From: Candidatus Eiseniibacteriota bacterium
GTDB lineage: Bacteria; Eisenbacteria; RBG-16-71-46; CAIMUX01; WJJG01
Length of the DNA: 34,790 bases
Assembly: GCA_014729815.1 (NCBI GenBank)
Contig: WJJG01000412.1
Span: 1 to 34,790, forward strand
Reading direction: 5' to 3'
Part shown: positions 26,555 to 34,790 of the stretch, one piece after another
Layout: the number at the start of each line of letters is the position of its first letter
Numbering within the stretch: position 1 is the stretch's first letter
The notes under the pieces: model-generated
Told to the model about the DNA's origin: nothing
Seen by the model: only the letters and a program-made list of their open reading frames with translations
Databases searched by the model: none
Position numbers and translations under genes: made by a program

Positions 26555-27466
26555 ATGGGTCGCCGGAGATTCGGCCGCCACACGGTGGATACCTCGCGTG
26601 AGGAGAAGACGCTCTTCCCCGAGGCGGACCTCACCAAGGGTGACCTGATCGACTATTTCACGCGTGTCTTCGGGAGCATGAAGCCCCACCTCGCCGATCG
26701 CCCCTTGAGCCTCCGCCGCTATCCGGATGGGATCCGCAGCGAGGGCTTCTTCCAGAAGCAGGTGCCCGACTACTTTCCGAGCTGGATCCGTTCGACACGG
26801 GTGCGGAAAGAGGGGGGGCACCAGGACTTGGTGATCGCCGATCGTCAGGCCACCCTGGCCTACCTCGCCAACCAGGCCTGCATCACCCTCCATGGCTGGC
26901 TCAGCCGCGCCGACCGGCCCGATCATCCCGACCAACTCGTCATCGATCTGGACCCTGCGGGTCGCGACTTCGGCGCCGTGCGCCAGGCGGCACTGCGCTG
27001 CCGAACGCTCTTCGAGGAGCTCGCGGTCCCCAGCTTCGTCAAGTCGAGCGGCTCGCGGGGACTGCACGTCACGGTGCCCCTCGATCGCCGGGCGACGTTC
27101 GACGAAGCGCGGTCCTTCGCGCAGCGCTTCGCCGGCGTGCTCGCCGCCCGGTTTCCCAAGGAACTGACCACCGAGCAGCGCAAGCAGAAACGCGCCGGGC
27201 GCATCTACCTCGATGTGGGACGCAACGCCTACGGGCAGACCGTCGTCGTGCCCTACTCGACGCGCGCGCGGCCCGGCGCCCCGGTGGCCGTGCCCCTGCG
27301 GTGGGACGAGGTCGCCAGCCGCCGCCTCTCGCCCCGGCGCTACACCGTGCGCAACCTCTTCCGCCGCCTGGCGCAGATCGAGGACCCCTGGCAGGGGTTC
27401 GCGCGTTCCCGCATCTTGATCCGGGCCGCCCAGCGGCGATTGGAGCGGCTGGAGGATTCGACGTAG
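26555..27466 (+). CDS. LigD polymerase/primase (archaeo-eukaryotic primase-like) domain protein, stand-alone
   Basis: The ATG lies 3 nt after the ligase stop. Conserved blocks: VIDLDP, SGSRGLHV, YLD..RN. 303 aa. The track ORF 26162..27466 N-terminal extension overlaps the ligase gene and is rejected. Confidence 0.75.
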   Translation: MGRRRFGRHTVDTSREEKTLFPEADLTKGDLIDYFTRVFGSMKPHLADRPLSLRRYPDGIRSEGFFQKQVPDYFPSWIRSTRVRKEGGHQDLVIADRQATLAYLANQACITLHGWLSRADRPDHPDQLVIDLDPAGRDFGAVRQAALRCRTLFEELAVPSFVKSSGSRGLHVTVPLDRRATFDEARSFAQRFAGVLAARFPKELTTEQRKQKRAGRIYLDVGRNAYGQTVVVPYSTRARPGAPVAVPLRWDEVASRRLSPRRYTVRNLFRRLAQIEDPWQGFARSRILIRAAQRRLERLEDST

Positions 27467-27472
27467 GCGCCT

Positions 27473-27493
27473 CCATCGGGACTCGCCCGATGG
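27473..27493. terminator. Perfect hairpin CCATCGGG-actcg-CCCGATGG, 7 nt after the ligD-pol stop
   Basis: 8-bp GC-rich stem with a 5-nt loop. No U-tract. Confidence 0.3.
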
Positions 27494-27632
27494 ACGAACC
27501 GGCGCTGCACCCCTTTCCCGCTCGGTGCGCTTGCGCGAGGGTCACCCATGTGCTTCTTGCGCAAAGCGGAAACACGGCCTCGCAAACGGAGGTACCAGAC
27601 CCGCGGGATTCCATCTGGACCTGGAGGAGGAG

Positions 27633-27923
27633 ATGACGCAAGATAGAGATGCGTATCGGAAGAAGCGTGAGGCAGAGCTCGAGCAGCTCGAGGCCGAATT
27701 GCAGCGGCTGCAGGGCAAAGCCAAGGAGGCGGAGGCCGAGGCACGCATCGGCTTCCAGCAACAAGCCTACGAACTGCAAGAGAAGCGCGATCAGGTGCGC
27801 GAGAGGCTGCGCGAGCTGAGCGAGGCCGGTACGGATGCCTGGGACAAGACCCGGGAGGGCCTCGAGGAGGCGCTGACGGATCTCCGTACGGCGCTCGAAG
27901 TTGCGTCCACTCGCTTCAAGTAG
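27633..27923 (+). CDS. Small coiled-coil hypothetical protein (~96 aa), highly charged
   Basis: Trimmed to ATG 27633 (GGAGGAGGAG adjacent). Heptad-like EAELEQLEAELQRLQGKAKEAEAEARI sequence. No assignable family. Confidence 0.4.
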   Translation: MTQDRDAYRKKREAELEQLEAELQRLQGKAKEAEAEARIGFQQQAYELQEKRDQVRERLRELSEAGTDAWDKTREGLEEALTDLRTALEVASTRFK

Positions 27924-27984
27924 GATCTTCAGGGGCCCCTCCCGGTCGCCGCCCGATGCCGGCGTAGATGGGGAGGCGGATGTC

Positions 27985-29511
27985 ATGCGATTGATCGTTG
28001 TCTCCAATCGATTGCCGATCCGCTTGGTCCGTGAGGACCGCGGCTGGACATCGCAGCCGGCGAGCGGGGGCCTGGTGACCGCGCTTTCGCCGGTGCTGCG
28101 CAACCGCGGCGGGATCTGGATCGGCTGGCCCGGGGTCGCCGGCGATTTCGACGAAGGCGAGATCCTGGGGCCTGCCAGCCGCGAGGCGGGACACCGGCTG
28201 CATCCGGTGCGTCTCAGTGAGGTCGAGCTCAAGAGCTTCTACCACGGCTTCACGAATCAGATCATCTGGCCGCTCTTCCACGATCTGTTCACGCGCTGCA
28301 ACTTCAGCTCCGACTTCTGGCGCACCTATCTGAAGATCAACGCACGCTTCGCCGACGCCATCATCCAGCACCATCAGCCCGACGACTACGTCTGGGTCCA
28401 GGACTACCATCTGATGCAGGTCGGGCATCTCTTGCGCCGCAGAGGCCACGGGCGCTATCGCACCGGCTTCTTCCTGCACATCCCCTTCCCCCCCCCGGAC
28501 GTCTTCGTCAAGCTGCCCTGGCGCTCACAGATCCTGCGCGGTCTGCTCGACTACGATTTGGTCGGCTTCCAGACGATTCGCGACCGTCGCAACTTCGTGC
28601 ATTGCCTGCGCCACCTGGTGCGGGAGGCCAAGGTGCAGGGCCGCGGACCCGTGATCTCGGTGCGCTATGGAGACCGCATGCTGCGGCTGGGCTGCTTCCC
28701 GATCGGGATCGGCTTCGACGAGTTCTCCGAGGTGGCCAAGCGGCCCGAGACGGCCGAACGCGTGGCTGCCCTGCGCGAGGCGCACGGCACGAGCCAGCTG
28801 ATGCTCAGCGTCGACCGCCTCGACTATACGAAGGGTATCCCCGAACGGCTGGAGGGGTTCCGCCGCGCGCTGGCCCGCTACCCCTCGCTCCACGAGAAGA
28901 TCACGCTGATTCAGCAGGTCGTTCCCAGCCGCGACTCGGTGCCCGAATACCAGCGGCTACAGACTGACATCGAGACGCTGATCGCCAAGATCAACGGTCA
29001 GTTCACGCGTCCGGGCTGGATCCCGGTGCACTACCTGTATCGCTCGATGCCGCGCGAGGAGCTCGTCGCCCACTACCGCGCGGCCGACATCGGGCTGATC
29101 ACGCCGCTCAAGGACGGCATGAACTTGGTCGCCAAGGAGTTCTGCGCCTGCGACGTGGATCGCTCCGGGGCCCTGATCCTCAGTGAGTTCGCCGGAGCGG
29201 CCATTCAGCTCCGGACCGGGGCGCTGCTCGTCAATCCCTACGACTACGAAGGTGTGGCCGAGGCGATCCGGCGCGCCTTCCTGATGCCCCCCGAGGAGCG
29301 ACGCATGCGCATGCACAAGCTGCGCACCAGCGTGCGCAAGACCGATATCGCCTGGTGGGCCGATTCGTTCATGGAGGCCGCCTTCGCCCGCACCCTCCAC
29401 GACTTTCCCCACGACGAGCGGGATCTCACCGAAGATTTTCCCCGACAGCATCAGCATGCCGCGGCCGGCCGCCGCGACCCGTCCGGCAGGCGCGCGGGCG
29501 CGGGCGCCTAG
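27985..29511 (+). CDS. otsA: Alpha,alpha-trehalose-phosphate synthase (GT20), no fused phosphatase domain
   Basis: RLIVVSNRLP, GGLVTAL, WVQDYHLM, HIPFP and FFLHIPFPPPDVF, LVNPYD are canonical OtsA blocks. GGGAGG lies 8 nt upstream of ATG 27985. 508 aa. Confidence 0.85.
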   Translation: MRLIVVSNRLPIRLVREDRGWTSQPASGGLVTALSPVLRNRGGIWIGWPGVAGDFDEGEILGPASREAGHRLHPVRLSEVELKSFYHGFTNQIIWPLFHDLFTRCNFSSDFWRTYLKINARFADAIIQHHQPDDYVWVQDYHLMQVGHLLRRRGHGRYRTGFFLHIPFPPPDVFVKLPWRSQILRGLLDYDLVGFQTIRDRRNFVHCLRHLVREAKVQGRGPVISVRYGDRMLRLGCFPIGIGFDEFSEVAKRPETAERVAALREAHGTSQLMLSVDRLDYTKGIPERLEGFRRALARYPSLHEKITLIQQVVPSRDSVPEYQRLQTDIETLIAKINGQFTRPGWIPVHYLYRSMPREELVAHYRAADIGLITPLKDGMNLVAKEFCACDVDRSGALILSEFAGAAIQLRTGALLVNPYDYEGVAEAIRRAFLMPPEERRMRMHKLRTSVRKTDIAWWADSFMEAAFARTLHDFPHDERDLTEDFPRQHQHAAAGRRDPSGRRAGAGA

Positions 29512-30755
29512 GACGCGCCCAACTCGATCCGTTCACGATCGCCGTCGCGCAGCGCCAGCATCAGCGACAGGTATTCCTGGAGGTGGCGTGTGAGCAGGAA
29601 GTTCTCGCGCACGAACTCCCGTGCCCGCCGCCCCATCTCGGCCATGATGTCCCGGTGGTGGAGCAAGTAGCGGATGCGCAGCGCGGTGCCCTCGGGGGTG
29701 CGCACCCGGAAGCCGGTCTGGTGATTGACGACCTGCAGGCGGATGCCCCCCGTGTCGCCCCCGATCACCGGCTTGGCCTTCCACAGCGCTTCGGTCACCG
29801 TCAGCCCGAACCCCTCGCGCAGGGACTTCTGCAGCACGATATCCGCCGCGCGCTGGAAGGCGTTGATCGTGCGATGCGCGTCGGGGGGTAGGTCGATCAC
29901 ATGGATGTCCGGGTCGCCCTCGGAAGCCTCACGCACTTCGGCCAGCACGGCCTGACCCTCGGGATCGTCGCTTGCGCCGCCCCCTACGAGCGCCAGCTGG
30001 ACCGGGATCATCGTGCGGGCGAGACGAAACGCGGCGATCACGCCCAAGGGATCCTTGAAGCGATCGAAGCGCGAAACCTGCACCAGCAACGGCAGCTCGG
30101 GATCGAGTCCGAAACGGCTGAAGATGGCAGCAACCTCGGTCTCGGGCAGGTCGGTGTTCTTCTCGCTGAGCGGATCGATGCTCGGGGGAATCAGATACTG
30201 CGGATGGTCGAGGATCTGCGCGAACTCGGGCAGTGAGAAGATGCTCGCATCGTAGCTGCGCACGAAGCCACGCAGAAACTTCCAGACCGGACGATAGGGA
30301 TGACTCAGGTCGATGTGGCAGCGCCAGACCCAATGCCCCCTGCGTCCCGAGCAGTGCTGCAGGAGCGCCGCCGGTTGCGGGTCGTGGATGATGACGAAGT
30401 CGGCATCCTCGAGTGTTCCGCGCAGCTTCTCCGCATTGGCCGCCACCGTATCCTGATAGGCGCTCAGCAGCCGCTCCGGCATCCCCACCGGTGTTCCCTG
30501 CAGACCATTGTGGAACGACTTCGTGCAGGCGAAGAAGTCCGGATTGCCCTCGAGCACCTCCCAGCGCACGTTCAGATCGAGCGCCTCCTTCAGCGGCAGC
30601 AGCTTGTGGAGGATCTCGGCCACTCCGCCGCCCTCGCGCGTCGAGTTGACGTGCACGATGGTCGCCCCACGCAAGGGCGCGGCGAGCTGCTCGAGATGCG
30701 AGATCACGTGCTCGCCGGCCACCCGCGCGTACTGCTCCAGCAGCTCTCGCCTCAC
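29508..30755 (-). CDS. GT4-family retaining glycosyltransferase, TreT-like (trehalose glycosyltransferring synthase / fungal trehalose phosphorylase-like)
   Basis: Trimmed to GTG 30755, which has GAGGAGGG 7 nt upstream. N-terminal IVHVNSTREGGGVAEIL...LNVRWEVLEGNPDFFACTKSFHNGLQG resembles the TreT N-domain. C-terminal GT-B block VLQKSLREGFGLTVTEALWKAKPVI. The start overlaps the upstream gene's stop (GTGA). Confidence 0.6.
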   Translation of the reverse strand: MRRELLEQYARVAGEHVISHLEQLAAPLRGATIVHVNSTREGGGVAEILHKLLPLKEALDLNVRWEVLEGNPDFFACTKSFHNGLQGTPVGMPERLLSAYQDTVAANAEKLRGTLEDADFVIIHDPQPAALLQHCSGRRGHWVWRCHIDLSHPYRPVWKFLRGFVRSYDASIFSLPEFAQILDHPQYLIPPSIDPLSEKNTDLPETEVAAIFSRFGLDPELPLLVQVSRFDRFKDPLGVIAAFRLARTMIPVQLALVGGGASDDPEGQAVLAEVREASEGDPDIHVIDLPPDAHRTINAFQRAADIVLQKSLREGFGLTVTEALWKAKPVIGGDTGGIRLQVVNHQTGFRVRTPEGTALRIRYLLHHRDIMAEMGRRAREFVRENFLLTRHLQEYLSLMLALRDGDRERIELGAS

Positions 30756-31444
30756 AATTGGCCCTCCTCGAAGAAGTCGGTCAGCAGCTCGGAGAGCTCG
30801 CCCCGCAGTTGGCGAATGGACGCGAAGTAGGGATCGATGGCCACGATGCGCTCGCGCAGCTCGGCGTAGCGGTCGCCCAGATCGGCAAGCCACTGACTGA
30901 AGTCGTCCGTATGGTCCGGCGTGCGTCGCTGCGCATCGATGAAATGATAGAAGATGCTGCCCGAGGACATGCGCGGCACGACCTCGGCGAGTTGGCGCGG
31001 CTCCTCGACCATCGCCCCGGTGTCGAAGACGATCGTCTGGGCCTGGATGAAGTAGAAATGCCGCGGGGCCTGCACCCAGCCGGCCGATTCGCTTTCGTCG
31101 AGGCGCGCCTCGACGACATCGACCAGCTCCTGACGCAGATCCTCCAGGTCGGGGAAGTCGGCGGGATTGATCACGCTCAGACGCTCGGCGAGCGTGTTGT
31201 CCTGCAGATCATGATGCGTCCAGGATGCGAAGTCGTTGTTGTACTCGGGCTCATCGAAGGTCGGTCGCAGGAAGCGGCCCCAGAAGTGGTAGTAGATGCT
31301 ACCGATCCGAACGTAGCGCAGCCCCTCGGCCAGTTCCCGCAGATTCTGGGCACTGCGGCCGCTGGCCTGCGCGATCAGCGCGCAGTCGCGCACCTGGAAG
31401 TGAGGCGCCTGCCGCGTCCCCTCCCCGCTGGATCGAGCTGTCAT
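30752..31444 (-). CDS. Conserved hypothetical protein with internal tandem repeat (GSIYYHFW...DFASW / GSIFYHFID...DFSQW); function unknown
   Basis: Trimmed to ATG 31444, which has GGGAGG 5 nt upstream; the track ORF extends to 31738. The two-repeat architecture is visible in the sequence. Translationally coupled to the TreT-like gene. Confidence 0.5.
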   Translation of the reverse strand: MTARSSGEGTRQAPHFQVRDCALIAQASGRSAQNLRELAEGLRYVRIGSIYYHFWGRFLRPTFDEPEYNNDFASWTHHDLQDNTLAERLSVINPADFPDLEDLRQELVDVVEARLDESESAGWVQAPRHFYFIQAQTIVFDTGAMVEEPRQLAEVVPRMSSGSIFYHFIDAQRRTPDHTDDFSQWLADLGDRYAELRERIVAIDPYFASIRQLRGELSELLTDFFEEGQL

Positions 31445-32237
31445 GCCGCCTCCCGGAGTCCGCTGCCCAGAGATGCAAAGCCCCACTGATAGCACATGCG
31501 GCCGGCTGCGCCAAACCCTTCCGGGCCGCCATGGGGCCCCCTTGCGCCGCCGAGCCGAAGAGCGCCTTGATCCCACCCCAGCTCGGCGCGACGGCCGGAG
31601 AGGGACACTCCGAGAAGTAGGTCCCCACGCCGATCGATCGGCACTCGGGCCAGACAACGTTAACGTCTTGCCAGCCTGTCGGGTAGCCGACGCCCGGGGC
31701 GATGTTCGTCCAGGGATGGCCGGGACCGCCATCCCCATCGAAGAGAGTCAGCCAGAGGCAGGAGCAGTTGCTGAAGTTGGCCCAGTAACCGATCGTGAAC
31801 TCCCCATCGACCGCCGTGCCGGTCGCGACCTCGAGACGGTCCCATTCGGGCCAGGCCGGCACGTCGGTGACCGGCACACCGGTTCGCAGATCGAGGACCT
31901 CATCGGGCGGGCTGGTCACGCCGCCCTGCCAGACGTAGACATCCATCCAGTAGTCGACGAAGAGCCCTGTCTGGCTGAAGTCGAAGGCGCCGCACTCGAC
32001 GGTCCCGCAGCCCAGGTCGAAGGCCTCGCCCCAGGCGCCGTAGTAGGGCGGCACGCAGGCCGAGAAGGCCCAGCAGGAGCCGTTCTCGAAGCTCCCGTCA
32101 TGGTGTACGTGGAAGGTACCCGGGCAGTCGCGCTCCGCCCCCCCGCCGCCTTGCGCGAGCCCGAACGCTGCGCAACCCAGACAGAGCCCGAGAAGCCACG
32201 GCCGCGCACGAGATAGGCCCTCGATCCCGTACCGCAT
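31299..32237 (-). CDS. Secreted Cys/Trp-rich hypothetical protein; C-terminal ~50 codons overlap the downstream gene and look low-complexity (3' end uncertain)
   Basis: GGGGGAG lies 5 nt upstream of ATG 32237. Signal-like N-terminus LLGLCLGCAAFGLA. Many Cys, Trp and Gly (CPGTF..., CGTVECGAFDF, NCSCLW). No family recognised. Confidence 0.4.
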   Translation of the reverse strand: MRYGIEGLSRARPWLLGLCLGCAAFGLAQGGGGAERDCPGTFHVHHDGSFENGSCWAFSACVPPYYGAWGEAFDLGCGTVECGAFDFSQTGLFVDYWMDVYVWQGGVTSPPDEVLDLRTGVPVTDVPAWPEWDRLEVATGTAVDGEFTIGYWANFSNCSCLWLTLFDGDGGPGHPWTNIAPGVGYPTGWQDVNVVWPECRSIGVGTYFSECPSPAVAPSWGGIKALFGSAAQGGPMAARKGLAQPAACAISGALHLWAADSGRRHDSSIQRGGDAAGASLPGARLRADRAGQRPQCPESAGTGRGAALRSDR

Positions 32238-32540
32238 CGCATCTCCCCCACAGCCGCAGATCCCACCCTGACCTCTCAGCGCGCTGTTTTCCAGGATATC
32301 AGGTTTGCCCGCGGCCGGGGAAGGCCGTGCGCACGCTCCTTGTGCGTGGCCGCTGCCCGTTCGCCGTCGCGCTGCGCGTCTGCGGGGGCCACGCCGCGCG
32401 GTGCCGCACGTGGTGCTGCGCTACGATCCTGCGCGCGAGACCGCACCCATGCGCGTCCCTGAGAGCGGCCAACTTTCCCTGGCCAGACCGCAACCGCACC
32501 ACTAGAATCGTCGCGTTGAGAAGCGCGCGAGGAGTCCGGT

Positions 32541-34220
32541 ATGGCCCATCAGTTCATCTTCACCATGCAGGGCGTCGGCAAGGTGCACCCCCCCGACAAG
32601 GTCGTCCTGCGTGATATCTGGCTCTCCTTCCTGCCGGGCGCCAAGATCGGCGTACTCGGCGCCAACGGCTCCGGCAAGACCAGCCTGCTGCGGATCATGG
32701 CCGGCGAGGACACCGAGCACCTCGGCGAGGCCGTTCCCGCCAAGGGCATTCGCAGCGGCTACGTCCAGCAGGAGCCGCAGCTCGATCCGCAGAAGGACGT
32801 GCGCGGCAATATCGAGGAGGGGCTCTCCGAGATCCGCGAGCTCCTCGAACGCTTCGAGGCGATCAGCGCGCGCTTCGCCGAACCGATGGAGCCGGAGGAG
32901 ATGGAGCAGCTCCTCGAAGAGCAGGGCGAGGTGCAGGAGCGCATCGAGCATGCCGACGGCTGGAATCTGGATCGGCGCATCACCATCGCCATGGATGCCC
33001 TGCGCTGTCCGCCCGGAGATGCCGATGTCACGACGCTCTCGGGTGGCGAGCGGCGCCGTGTGGCGCTCTGCCGAACGCTGCTGCAGCAGCCCGACCTGCT
33101 GCTGCTCGATGAGCCCACAAACCATCTGGATGCCGAGTCGGTCGCCTGGCTCGAGCGGCATCTGCAGGAGTTCCCCGGCACGATCGTGGCGGTGACCCAC
33201 GACCGCTACTTCCTGGACAACGCCGCCGGCTGGATCCTCGAGCTCGATCGCGGTCACGGCATCCCCTGGGAGGGCAACTACACCTCCTGGCTCGAGCAGA
33301 AGCAGGAGCGGCTGCGCCACGCCGAGAAGGCCGAGGCGCGCAGGCAGCGCACGTTGGCCCGCGAGCTCGAGTGGGTGCGCATGAACCCGAAGGCGCGGCA
33401 GGCCAAGAGCAAGGCCCGCCTGGCAGCCTACGAGGAGCTGCTCAATCAGGATCTCGAGGAGCGCGAGGCCACCGCCGAGATCGTCATCCCCCCGGGGCCG
33501 CGCCTCGGGAACGTCGTGGTCGAGGCCCGGGATCTCATGAAGGCCTACGGCGACCGGGTGCTCTTCGAAGGCATGAACTTCAATCTGCCCCGCGGCGGGA
33601 TCGTCGGCGTGATCGGCCCCAACGGCGCCGGGAAGACGACCCTCTTCCGCCTGATCGTCGGCGAGGAGCAGCCCGACGCCGGGGAGCTCGTGATCGGCGA
33701 AACGGTCGAGATGGCCTACGTGGATCAGAACCGCGACGCCCTCGATCCGGAGAAGACCATCTGGCACGAGATCACCGGCGGCGAGGAGATGATTCTGGTC
33801 GGCAAGCGGGAGCTCAACTCGCGGCGCTATGTGGGGAGCTTCGCCTTCAAGGGCGCCGATCAGCAGAAGAAGGTCGGCGGGCTCTCGGGCGGCGAGCGCA
33901 ACCGGGTGCATCTCGCCAAGCTGCTTCGCTCGGGGGGCAATCTGCTGCTGCTCGACGAGCCAACCAACGATCTGGACGTCGACACGCTGCGGGCGCTGGA
34001 GCAGGCGCTGCTCGATTTCGCCGGTTGTGCGGTGGTGATCAGCCACGATCGCTGGTTCCTCGATCGCATCGCCACCCACATCCTGGCCTTCGAGAGCGAC
34101 AGCCGGGTCTTCTGGTTCGAGGGCAACTACCAGGCGTACGAAGCGGATCGGCGCCGGCGGTTGGGAGCCGAAGCCGATCAGCCGCATCGGATCCGGTACA
34201 AGAAGCTGGTGCGGGGATAG
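32541..34220 (+). CDS. ettA: ABC-F family ATPase, energy-dependent translational throttle protein EttA
   Basis: N-terminus [55 protein letters not shown] is near-identical in pattern to EttA. Two ABC cassettes (Walker A GANGSGKT / GPNGAGKT, signature LSGGERRRV / LSGGERNRV). 559 aa. GAGGAG lies 6 nt upstream. Confidence 0.85.
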   Translation: MAHQFIFTMQGVGKVHPPDKVVLRDIWLSFLPGAKIGVLGANGSGKTSLLRIMAGEDTEHLGEAVPAKGIRSGYVQQEPQLDPQKDVRGNIEEGLSEIRELLERFEAISARFAEPMEPEEMEQLLEEQGEVQERIEHADGWNLDRRITIAMDALRCPPGDADVTTLSGGERRRVALCRTLLQQPDLLLLDEPTNHLDAESVAWLERHLQEFPGTIVAVTHDRYFLDNAAGWILELDRGHGIPWEGNYTSWLEQKQERLRHAEKAEARRQRTLARELEWVRMNPKARQAKSKARLAAYEELLNQDLEEREATAEIVIPPGPRLGNVVVEARDLMKAYGDRVLFEGMNFNLPRGGIVGVIGPNGAGKTTLFRLIVGEEQPDAGELVIGETVEMAYVDQNRDALDPEKTIWHEITGGEEMILVGKRELNSRRYVGSFAFKGADQQKKVGGLSGGERNRVHLAKLLRSGGNLLLLDEPTNDLDVDTLRALEQALLDFAGCAVVISHDRWFLDRIATHILAFESDSRVFWFEGNYQAYEADRRRRLGAEADQPHRIRYKKLVRG

Positions 34221-34285
34221 AACCTGGGAAGATCGTCGACCGTGCTCGGCTTGGCACCTGTGCGCTTCGACGTCACATTCTGAGA

Positions 34286-34790
34286 TCAGCCCTCGAATCG
34301 TCCCGCATCTTCGATCGTCACGCCGCTCTCGTCCAGGAGTCCGTCCGCCTGGCTGGCACGGCCCTTGACCAGCACCCAGAAGGGTTCGCTCTTGCTGGAG
34401 ATCCCACCCGGAATCCGGCTGCCGATCTCACGTATGAATGCCGAGCGCGTCGCCGCCAGGCATGCGGCTCCGGTTCCGAGCGTGTGTGGTCCGGCCATGA
34501 TCGTGACCAGTCTGTCCGCATGCCGCGGGTGCGGGCCGCGCACGATGATGCCGTAGTCCTCGACCTGAATCAGCCCCTGGGGCCCGCGCGTGTCCCGTTT
34601 GTCGCATGGGAAGAGATCGGTCTTCCCCGCGAGATCCCGGTAGAGGCCCGCCTCCCAGTTTCCATCAGTGGGCTCCCCCGGCAGCGGCTCCAGGCGCCAG
34701 CGCGGTTGCGTGCCCTGCTGCAGTAGCGGGAGCATGCGGCCCGTCACCCAGTTCGACTTCCGCGATCCGATCAGGTAGAGGCTCGCGGGC
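34286..34790 (-). CDS. Hypothetical protein, C-terminal part only (reading frame continues past window end; true start outside window)
   Basis: The frame stays open from the track GTG 34747 up to 34789. No motif recognised. Confidence 0.3.
   Translation of the reverse strand, partial: PASLYLIGSRKSNWVTGRMLPLLQQGTQPRWRLEPLPGEPTDGNWEAGLYRDLAGKTDLFPCDKRDTRGPQGLIQVEDYGIIVRGPHPRHADRLVTIMAGPHTLGTGAACLAATRSAFIREIGSRIPGGISSKSEPFWVLVKGRASQADGLLDESGVTIEDAGRFEG

Noticed and set aside
32270-32300. Possible sigma-54 (-24 GG / -12 GC) promoter reading of the reverse complement of the TGTTTTCCAGGATAT motif.
   Set aside because: The GG-to-GC spacing is 8 nt, not the required 10. There is no TGGCAC or TTGCW context.
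1-34790. Searched for tRNA T-arm-like words (GGTTCGAATCC and variants), CRISPR-like spaced repeats, transposase or integrase ORFs, and toxin-antitoxin pairs.
   Set aside because: None found by eye. No periodic direct-repeat arrays longer than the short motif clusters reported, and no ORFs with mobile-element hallmarks.

Overview
This is a 34.8-kb, very GC-rich (roughly 68-70% by eye) stretch of bacterial chromosome that is densely coding on both strands. I found no rRNA or tRNA, no CRISPR array, and no transposase, integrase or other mobile-element hallmark. The gene content reads like a stress, dormancy or desiccation-tolerance neighbourhood.

Called genes, in order:
- A 5'-truncated GH65-type glycoside phosphorylase at the window start, then gap (glyceraldehyde-3-phosphate dehydrogenase).
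- Two paralogous ~500-aa secreted proteins each carrying five BON repeats, on opposite strands about 8 kb apart.
- A family-1 encapsulin operon: an encapsulated ferritin-like cargo with a C-terminal targeting peptide, followed by the shell protein.
- A CopB-type (CPH-motif, His-rich N-terminus) heavy-metal P-type ATPase.
- An archaeal-type cofactor-independent phosphoglycerate mutase (apgM).
- A short-chain dehydrogenase/reductase (SDR), a DJ-1/PfpI protein, and an Hsp20 preceded by an eRF1-like (baeRF-type) protein.
- A co-directional block: NarL-type response regulator, superoxide reductase, dodecin, cytoplasmic PAS histidine kinase.
- A site-2 protease with CBS domains, an FAD disulfide oxidoreductase divergent from a small ferredoxin, a double PRC-barrel protein, a Met-rich Spy/CpxP-like periplasmic protein, and a TrkA-C membrane protein.
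- A three-gene split LigD (phosphoesterase, ligase, polymerase) with no Ku gene in the window.
- Trehalose genes: otsA convergent with a minus-strand operon of a secreted Cys/Trp-rich protein, a repeat-containing unknown protein, and a TreT-like GT4 glycosyltransferase.
- ettA, and a 5'-truncated unknown gene at the window end.

The window appears to lack much classical non-coding content. I describe several hairpins, palindromes and one shared AT-rich intergenic motif.

Nearly all start coordinates were re-derived from the ORF track by moving to the first start codon preceded by a Shine-Dalgarno-like purine run. The raw track ORFs are often 5'-extended, as expected at this GC content. Any organism assignment (Rubrobacter-like actinobacterium or Chloroflexi) is inference only.
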